A DNA stretch of 64,000 bases from Lingula anatina (lineage: Eukaryota; Animalia; Brachiopoda), in the NCBI GenBank assembly GCA_051362555.1, contig CM120640.1, positions 20,212,001 through 20,276,000 on the forward strand, written 5' to 3'. Below the pieces are notes generated by a model, which did no database searches, was not told the DNA's origin, and saw only the letters and a list, made by a program, of their open reading frames with translations. The position numbers were made by a program, and so were the translations under genes. Positions 41,029 through 51,147 of the stretch are shown piece by piece (the stretch's first letter is position 1; each line of letters begins with the position of its first letter).

Positions 41029-44000
41029 ATGAAGACCGCACTAATGAAGCGCACCAGAGTCAGCTGTGTGTTGACATTTGTTATTTTGGTGCTGGGTATG
41101 CAGCCAGGTAACTTTTACGTGTTATATTGAAATTTTAAGTAAATATATGATGTTTTGTCACTAAGAGAGACCGTAAACGAGAATTTTAGATTGGAATGAT
41201 ACTTAACACGAACTTTTGTGGTCATCTACAATAATTTTGTTCGTATTTGCGTAAAATTTTAACTGGTAGTAGCTATATTTTTTTAAATTTATTAATCCTA
41301 ATAGTTCATGTAACTTCAATGAGCCAAACCAAGGTCACTCCTCTGTTTATACAGACTGGAACTTTCTTCCATGCTGATATTAGAAAAATATGAATGAATT
41401 TGTTCCAGCAAAGTAAATGGTGTATTTTTGAACGAATAATGTAAATAATGTATTTTAGGCATTGGTATGCCCACGTTGCTTCCCCATGTAGATCACCCAG
41501 TATTGGGTATGAGTACTTCAACAAGAAGTTTAGACTTGCTTCTTCCCATAACTGGCACAGCCACAGCTCAGCAAAAAGCAGATCCTCATGTTGCCAAGAC
41601 TTCTTTTCTGGACAGAATCTACCAACTAGCAGGAAACATTAATACTTTGGTCAAGAATGTCACTGTTTGGATGAAAACAAAGGTTCAACTATTATATCAT
41701 GTGGGGATATTTGGAGGTTCTAACACGTTGGTGGGTACTAAAAAGACAGCATTGAAGGGTTTCATAGTGCCCTCAGTTACTACGGTGGATGCAAGAAGTA
41801 CAATTAATATTGCCAGCAAAACTGGCACATCTATTGGTATGACTGAGGAAATGACAAGTTCATCAGTGAAACATGAAGGTAAGACCACATTGTTTGATCT
41901 GTGTCAGTTATATAAATAAAACTATTGAGAGGTTTGTTTCATGTATTAAAAGAGAAAATATATTAAAAATGGATATGTCAAAATGATAAAAATGAAATAA
42001 AAAATGTAAGAAAAAAAAAAAGATAATGAAATGTCAATGTCATTTAGCAAAAAACGGTTTCTGATATGTTACATTTTGGAATTTGCAAATACTAGCTTTA
42101 AAAGCAAACATTTGATGTGGATGATTGAATTTAGATAATTATGCATTATTTCAGGGATTGGTATGAAAACAACATCTCCTTATGTTATAAACAACCAAGT
42201 AAAACCCACTGGATTTGGTATAAGTACTTCAACCATTTCCTATGACCCAACATTACAAAAACCACAAGGGGAAGATATGACTCTTGATGAGATATTGGGT
42301 GCCTTTAAAGTAGAGTTCCACAGACTGGTAGGAGGCGTTAGTTCTTTTGTTAAGAATGTTACTGGCTTGATAAAAACAAGTGCACAGCGCTTTTCTCAGT
42401 GGATCACGGAGGATAATGCAAGGATTGACAGTGGCACTAAAAGGAAAAGAGTAAAAAGGTTTGCTGTACCAAATGCAAACCCATTTGATATCTGGAAAAG
42501 AACCAGGATTCCCAGTACAACTGAAATACCTGTAGTGGAGGAAGTCACATTGCCACCAGTGAAACCTAGAAGTAAGTGGTGATTAACAAAGGACAAAAAA
42601 AAGTTCAAAATGATAACACCATTTCTTTATTGATTAACCATGATCAAATGACATGCTCCAAGCAAAGCAATTAACCCCTCATGTAATCAACTTTCTAATT
42701 TGTTTTTTAAAATGTGCCATTTAGTTTACATGGAAGTTACAATACTTACCCATTTGTTTAGAACAATAAGCAGTCTTTTTAAAATTATCTTCATTTTCCT
42801 TTTTTTTTTCTTTGTCTATTTTTTCTTCACCTTTATTTCTATCTTTCTGATTTTTAGTTACTATTCCTCTTAAGTTAGGATTTGGAGTTGATAGTAGGTT
42901 GCTTACTTCTAACCTCCATATTCCTCCACCTACCTTTATGTCTCATGGCGCTAGTTACATTTACTGCTTACTGGCTGTAGTCTTTGCACTCTTTCTGGGT
43001 TGCTTCCTTGCACTTACAACTGGCAGGACAAGAAAGGTATTAGACACTATATGTATAGTATTATAAGATTTTCTTATATTATGTGACTGGAATTGGGTTG
43101 TCTGCGTGTCTGTCCATACAGACACATGGTCATTATCATGTCTTAAACTTTATGATCAACATGTGGCTTGTATGTAATCTACAACTGCAACATATAAACC
43201 ATATGTTGTAAATGAAAACTTACATCATCAATACAATTCATGGAAGTTCATCATGTCAGGTGATGCCATTTGACTTTGTTTAGGATGTTAAAATCCAAAT
43301 ATTTATCTTGGAAACATATTTAGACTTCTTTCATTCATCATTAAGGAAAATGTATCAAAAAGGTTATCACTTCATTTTGATTTGGGTATTTTATGTACAA
43401 ATAGTTTGCCAACAATGACAATGATTTTTAATAAATTGAGGTTTATTATTATTATTATTATTATTATTCTAGTCCAAGATTGTCGGGATTCCTCATCTGG
43501 CTGATGATGTTTATGCCTACATTTTGACAGTGAAGACTGGGTTTAGGAGAAGTATGTTGGAGCACAGTGACTTATCATATTAACATATTTTTAGATAAGA
43601 TATTTCATTTAAAAAAGCAGTTGGCTTAAAATGCAAATGCCTTACTGTATTGGGGTTTCAAAAAATACCTAGTTGCTATAGTATGGAATTTTTTTAATAT
43701 TACCTGTCATTTGTTTTTAATTTACAAAGAGAATGAATTTAATTGCTATTAGAAATATAATTAGTTTCATGTTGAGTATTCATTATTTTTTATACAATTG
43801 TAGATGCTGGAACCAACAGTAAAGTCAAGATACAGCTATTTTCTAACAACTCTGCCTCACCACAGTATTCACTGTCGGCACATGGAAGTAGACAGAAGGT
43901 TTTCACACGTGGAAGTGAGAGCATGTTCATTTTATATACCAAAGGTACATATCTTTTCACAAAAAAGGAAGTTTTAAAAAGGGCCATTCCTCAACACTGT

Positions 44001-47000
44001 TGTCTTTGTAATAAACCTCCCTTACACTGTTTGTTTCTATATATCACTTACAAAAAAGAAAAAAATAAAACCCTATATTGATTGGGAGTTGCCAAATATT
44101 TAATAGATGGAAAGTATTGTAGAATGACACAAAAACAGTGGAACACTGACACATTCAAAGTATATTACTTCCATGTATAAAAAACATGAGTTATTAAATT
44201 TGTTTCCTTTTTGTAGCTCCACTTGGAGAGCTGACTAGTATCTGTACAACTCAACAAGGCACTGGTGTTAAAGGAAAATGGTAAGTGCACATTTTAGCCT
44301 AGGATAAAAAGTAACAGAATTATGTTTATTGATTTCTTTTGATGTTTTTATATTCTTTATTGAATTGGCATTGTGGTACTTTTTTTTTTACAATGGCAAA
44401 TGAGAAATTAATGTTCATATTGATATTCACAATGATTGATATAAATACAAAAACATTTTTGAATTTGTAGCAAAGAGCTCAGCTGTTTGATTTTTACTTT
44501 TTCACTTATTTTTTAGCATACGTGTGCAATTAATTTGGTCATACTTTTTTTAAAGATAATTTTTCCATTACTTTTAGGTATTTAGACTCCATGATTGTTT
44601 CAGACCCTGTAGCTGACAGGGAATGGTGGTTTGACTGCAAGAAATGGCTGAAAACAAAGCATGATGGTGTGCAAGAACATCACACTTTCACACTAACTAC
44701 CACTGATAGTGTTTTTAGGTAGGCGAGTAGACTGGGTCGGTGCTAAATTGGGCAATACTTGATTTGGGTTTTTATTGATATATGTTGTTATTTAATCTCC
44801 GTATTTTGATAGTTGTGACGTTCACTTTCATCTGTATTGTGAAATGAAAAATAATGCAAAATAAATGTATTTTTGTGTACACAATTTTAAATGCAAGTTG
44901 AACACATTGTTTGTTATAGCTGGATGTGGAGTACCACTGTGAGTGTTTTCCATCAGTACCACCGTTGGATCTATCCTGCGCTTGGTGGCGGGCGAGAGCA
45001 CATGAAAGTTTTATCAAGACCACTGATGCTTGTGCTCTTGTTATCAGCTGTTGGCAACTTCCTGCTTGGCAACATTCTCGTAGAAACGGCTCTGCTGTCA
45101 CTCAGTAGTCAACATGAAGTACAGCTGACAGCAAATGTGTTTTTCTACACATTTATGGTGAATGGTATCATCTGCTTTGCAAACTGCATGTGTGAACTTA
45201 TCCTGGGCAACATTAGATCCAAGGAATTGTGCCGAAGTGTGTGTTTGGAGACAATGGGCAGTCGCAGTCCAGATATGGCAAGTCAGATGCGGCAGACAAC
45301 ATGTGATGGGGTTGTGAAGAACAAAGGACAGGGAAAAAAAGGTAGAGATTTGAAATTGTGGTAAAAATACAGTTTTGTTCTTCAAGATTGTCATTTATCT
45401 AACTTAGGAAGTTGTTGAAAGAATCGTATTTATCACAAGAAATATTACGTTTTAAAGATATTGAATGATGGAATGATATAATTTATGAAGTTTCAATCAT
45501 CAATATTTATTATAGCTGCTACAACCAATGCTGCAGAGAATTGTGTAAGAGGCAAATGCTCAGGTGAAGATCATCTTACAAGGCACATTAGACTTGATGA
45601 TAGACCGTTCGCCAGTTCTCTACATGTTAGGAATCAGCTTTCACCTGAGGATGAAAAACATGGGCTGTATGAGTCCAAGTCACTCTGCAACATGAGGTAA
45701 TTCATACTTTATTAACAGCTTATGAGCTTCAGTTTCATCTATATCTCCTGCATAAATTTTGACAGTTTGGGGCTCTGATTGTGAACATTTTTACTCCCAA
45801 AATATTGGTTAGTAAAAGATTGCATTTCTTTAAAATGTGCATGTTTTCCTGCTTCCTAGAGAGATACAGAAAAAAGCCTCACCAGCACATTCACACTTGA
45901 CTTCCTTAATGACTTAATATTTTCACACACTTCCAGAATAAGCAATTTGAATGCCTTTGGAATGACCCAAGATGAAGCAAGAGGACAAGAACACATGGTA
46001 CCACAAAGGTATGAAAAACAAAATGCTTTTTAATTAGAATTTATTTGCCAGATATTGTTTTCTTATATCAGTGAAACTTTATAATGCCATTAATCAATTC
46101 TGTCATTTTCTGTAAATTATTACAAATTTGTACTGTTGTAATTTCTTCTTGCAGATCAAAATCAGATACTGAAGCAGTTAGTGTATTCTACAACAAAAAC
46201 AACAACAATGATGATAACACCTCTGACTGTAGCAATGAAGAGAGGGAGTCATCAGAGGGAGTGGTATCAGCAGGTGTTCACGTAGTACCAGTATTAACCA
46301 CTGGACAGGGTGAGGAACATGTTGCTGTTAAGGAGGGTAGCATTTCTGAGGAAGGTGTTTCAACATTCTGTAGTGACAGGTGAGTTTCAATAAGTGTTAT
46401 CCTAAAGTTGAAGAAATTTCTGTGGGAAAAATGCTCCTTTTACAACAAAATTCAATCCTCGTGTTTGGGATAAAGTGGAAATTGTTTTACAGAATATGAA
46501 GGACTGAAATAAATAATTGACTTCTAATTTTTAAAAAATTATTATTGTTATTATTATTATTTGATTTTGTGGTAAACGTTACATAAAAAGTGTTCAGAAA
46601 TACTTAAAGATTTTTAATTTTTAGTAATGGCAGTGATGAGGAGAAGTTTAAGAATGGTGTTCTGCCTCAGACGATTGAGGGCAATGAATTCACAAAGGAA
46701 GAGACTCCAGCAAAGGTTCCTGTGACAACTGTAGTAACAGCCTCTCAAAGTCAAATAGTCTCTTCAGTAAAGGTACTGAAAGAAGTGTACTTTTCTTGAG
46801 CTATATGCAGAATAATTCTAGAAAAAAATATAACATTGCCAAATCATTTTACTCTTTTTTTCTCTCTTTTTACTGTTATGTATTTATTTTTGTTATCATA
46901 TAATTTGATATTGATTTCATGACAAAAATTGGCTTAAAGACTTGCTTGGATGGATTTATCTAAGTTGGCTAGATTTATTAATTTTTTCATTTATTTTTTA

Positions 47001-48072
47001 GAAAGTTTCAGTTCCTTCATTTCTTTCAGTACAGTTGTTTACAAGAAAAGTACTAATTAACGTATATTTAATTTTCAGATAGTCACTGTATCTCCATCAT
47101 GTGATTCAGTGGTGCTGTGCATGTCATCTGACCATGTTGAACCATCATTGGAGGATGCAAAAGAAAATGCAGAAATCATGGAAGCAGTGCATAACTGTGT
47201 CAACTTGGATAGCAGCACCACTGATAACAAACAAAGTTTTGGAAGAAGAGCAACACTGAATGATTCTAAGGATGTATGGAGAAATGCAGAGTTTATCTCT
47301 GCAAGCAGCGTTGCCCCTCCATGCCAAGCTGATGTGAATGATGTAGTAGTGCAAGTTGATTTTGATGAAGGTCAGTGTTGATGTGTTATCGCAGTGTTTT
47401 GTACCTTATCTTTATGTAAGATTTTGATACCTGAAACCATCATGCCAGATGAAAATTTCTTGAATGAGGATAATGATTTTGTCCCTTCTTTAATTTTGAT
47501 TGAATAATATTTTACAAAAGTAAAAAGCTGGTTTCTGAGAAGAGTTATTATGTAATCTCCTTATTTTAAAGGACTAAAATTGTCTCTAGGTTGTGCTTGT
47601 AAGCTCGGGCTTTTTGCAGTGAAAAGAGGTAGATTTGAGGCAATAAAAGTTAGCTGCTTGTTCATTTTGGATAAAAATCAGAAGTTATTTTTGTTAATAA
47701 ACATTACAACTCCTTCCAGAAGAAGGCCATCACATGGATGACCTCAACAACCATGACCCCAACAGATCAAGTGATGAAGAACTACTGCATTTAGAGATGA
47801 TGGTGAAAGGGGAATTCAGAAAGCTCCTTCCAAACTGGGTGAAATACATCGTGTTCATGTTCTTGCTCTGCTCAGTTGCAGTGTCATATTTCTTCACTGC
47901 TGTTTACGGCATGGCTCTGGAGGAGAAGAATATCAACCAATGGCTCTTGCTTGTAGGCCTGGCACTGTTAGAGGATTTCTTTATTTTTCAACCAGTCAAA
48001 TGTTTCTTCATTCAGTTTTACCTAACTTTATTTCCCACTCACAGGAATAAAATCAACAGCAGCTCAGTCTAA
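41029..48072 (+). CDS. Truncated polycystin-1-like protein (signal peptide, 2 novel ectodomain modules, TM1, PLAT, TM2-5), about 1046 aa, right paralog
   Basis: Exons 41029-41107, 41459-41878, 42155-42571, 42858-43036, 43473-43551, 43804-43944, 44217-44280, 44578-44718, 44920-45341, 45516-45696, 46155-46379, 46625-46772, 47079-47370, 47720-48072; total 3141 nt, all GT-AG, frame continuous. PLAT: YILTVKTGFRRNAGTNSKVKIQL..FTRGSESMFIL..PLGELTSI..WYLDSMIVSD..WWFDCKKWL. TM4/5: LPNWVKYIVFMFLL..SYFFTAVYG..WL..FIFQPVK, matching the PKD1-family LPxW..FFTxLYG..WL..QPxK pattern. Confidence 0.8.
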
Positions 48073-48779
48073 CTGTATCATGTCTTACGGATTCTTTTGT
48101 TAATTACAAACTAGACTAAAACATTTAAAATATGATCAAGATACTTGAAAATTAAACAACTGTGCTACTTCTTTACATGATATCTTTTTTATTTTAAATC
48201 ATGAAATTTGATTTTACATGCACTGTCTAAAAACCCCGATAACTACAAAAAATGAAAATTAATGTAGACAAAACAGCTGTGATATAAGTTAAATGTCACT
48301 GATGTATATGCTATACTAAATGAATATTAAGCTTTTCCAAAAATAAATGTTCTTAAAACAATCTAATGTGTTGTATTTTTATTAATAAAACATCAATATT
48401 TTATCAAATTTCCTGTCTACCCTATAATGAGGTCATGAATTCTGGTGACATTGAACAGAGTTGCAAATGCAAATTGATGATGCCTTATTTTACTAGGAAT
48501 AGATACTTAAAGAGTTTTCCGAATCGGATATATCTAAAAGATATTGTATAAGTAAAACACATCTCGGACTATATGGATGGAGAAGAACTATGTGACATGC
48601 ATCTGCTAGGCCATGCAACAGAAGGATATATACAGATGACAAATGTTTTCATTTATATAACGCTAGACCTGCAATGCTAGGCCAAATACTTATCCAAGTT
48701 TAATAGTCCTTCAAAAAATCACAAGTGTTTTAACATTAAAATGATCAAGCACTATCACAAGGTCCAGTAATGTTGTGTG

Positions 48780-50460
48780 ACCATGAAGCTGGGATACAGA
48801 TGTATAGTCGTTAAAGTCATAGGAGTTCCACCTCCAAGCTGACAAATGCAAGTACCGGAGATGTTATTTGGCGCTGCTAGGAAGCTGCTCTGAACCTGAA
48901 ACTGTGCCCCTTGTATCTAATATTTATGGCCCCTGGCTAAATTGTTATAATTAAATGTGTTGCAATAAATGGGAGTAGTACAAAAAAGTGGACCAGGACT
49001 GACACACCCAATTGGGAGATATTGTTCTAATGCAGACACTCCAAAAGTGGACCCATTTGAAGATCAATGAAAATAGAAAAGAGGTTTTATATTGATTAGT
49101 TTGTAGTATGTGATGGACAGTTCTGCCCCTTTAAATAGGTAAAGAAATAGAGTTGGTGATGGTTGATGCTCGTGCTGTAATTTCACTGTCAGAAAGCAAA
49201 CCTTGTAATGTTGTCAGATACATAGCTCTAAATAGTGCTCTAGCTGTAGTTACTGTATTAGAAATGCTGGAGGGAGGGCTTTAGTTTATGGGCTCCTGAT
49301 AACATGGTCTTAATTAGAAATGAGTTTGTAGGGTCGGGGTGACCTGATAACTTGTGAAAGTATCCTAATTTGGACATTTCAGAACCAATGGTACTGGGAG
49401 CTAGATTTTTCTGGAACAAATGGGCTATGTATAAGGCAACGTCAGCTTCAGTAGCTGGGAAGGCAGGTGTGGGCCGTTTCAAAACATTCTTTTATAGTAA
49501 ATAAGTAAATAAGTTTATTAAAACATGGCAACAAAAAGGTTTAAGTTATACATTAAATGGAGTGCGAATAAAATTTACAAATTAAAATAATGATATACAA
49601 GTATAATATAGGATATGCGAATATAACTTAATGAGATAAACAAGCCAAAAGGTAAAACGGTTTTTCACTTATCGTGTTTATGGTTAAAGTGCACACCGAC
49701 GGCGACGGCGATGACAGACGCAGGTGACAGCTATATGTACAGACACATCTCTGTCTGTACATAAAAAAGGATAAATTAAAATAAATGAATAAAATAAATT
49801 TTTGCACAGGCATCTGAAAGTTAGTGTAAAAGAGGATGGAGTAATGATAATTAAATACAATAAAGGCCAAAATGAGTTTCAAAAGTAAAACTTAGACCAC
49901 TAATGGTTTAATAAAGAGAAAGGAATAAAAGTGTTTTTAAAACGTTCAGTTCTAATTTTTAAGTTCTAAGAAATCAGACAAAGCTTTGTAGTAAGCCCTT
50001 TTTGAAGATGGTTCCTGAGCTGCATCTAACAGTCGCCCGGCAGTTTCAACAAGGCTAGAGACAGGAGCTGATCTGGGATATGGGTTGGATAGATGAACAT
50101 GGCTTGAGCATGCCATCTGAAGGCTTGGATCTGGAAGCGGACTGTTGTCTTGGTCTGGTCCTGTGCAGGTTGTAGATGCCTGTTGGTACAACATCTGGGC
50201 CGTGGCAAGTGCCAGTTGGGCAGTCACTAATGCCAACTTCAGGACCATCTCATACATGGACAGAACTAAGCCTGCAAGGTCTATGGCCAGTGCTGAGGAG
50301 GTGGACAGTGCTGTTGATGTGGACGGTATAGCTGACATGTTTTCAACTGAGGATGAAATATGGGAGGAGCTTGTCTGGGAGCTGGAGCTTCTCTGGGATG
50401 ACCTCAGTGCGGGCCGTTCATAGGGAGCTGTGGCTCATTTTGTTTCTTTTGCGTGCCACT
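48780..50460 (-). mobile_element. Decayed DIRS/Ngaro-type tyrosine-recombinase retroelement (gag-like N-terminus plus YR remnants)
   Basis: YR C-terminus RYKGHSFR.RAAS*..QLG.WNS..F..YI at about 48790-48920. LFRAMYL..L..SEIT at about 49180-49240. SAM-like N-domain VALYIAHLFQKNLAPSTIGSEMSKLGYFHKLSGHPDPTNSFLIKTMLSG at 49258-49482. LLDAAQEPSSKRAYYKAL at about 49980-50035. Stops, frameshifts and an insertion at about 49490-49950. Confidence 0.75.
49690..49766. mobile_element. HINE/Helentron-like terminal fragment inserted in the YR gene
   Basis: (GACGGC)n-like microsatellite followed by hairpin TATGTACAGAC-ACATCTCT-GTCTGTACATA and an A-run. Resembles the end of the element at 58665-58735. Confidence 0.5.
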
Positions 50461-51147
50461 GAAACATGAACAATTTTAAGAAGCCAGGTAGTTTCGGTTG
50501 GAATAAGGGTAAATTGTTCTGAGAAGGAGGAGATAATGGGCAGTGATGGGCATGGTGAATTTTTCTGTTGATTGCTCCCTACTGCAAAAATTCTGGCTGG
50601 CATGCTAAGAATGCTAACATGGGAAACTGTCAATATGGCAGGTCATGACCACCTGAAATACCAGAGGGCCTGTAAAATTTTGATACTGCCAGTCCAAAGG
50701 ACTGGCAAGATTTATTTGAAAATACTGTACATAATAATAAATAATAAAAAATCCTTCAAACTGGGCAGCACAGAATTGAGAGGACCTGCAGATTTCTTGT
50801 AGTGTGGGTCATCTGGGTATTCAATATCTCGAAAGTTTCTTTATGTCTGGAATTGTTTTGAACAGCTTCAGGTTGCTACTATACTTGCACCCCTGTAAGG
50901 GAGTAATGACCAAAATGATTGTGCAAGTGTTCTACCCAGGCAAGATGCGATAATGGGCTTGTCATAAAATGGCTGATAAAATACCATTCCTAGGGCACAC
51001 TGAACTACATCTATATCTCCTCCATCAAGCCAAGGGCATCCTTGATCAAGCTTAGTATACGAATAAATTAAAGAAATAATTTGACATGGGTTGATTGATA
51101 TTTGGCCAGTTGAGGCAGCTTTTATTAATGCCAAACCCAAGTAAGAA

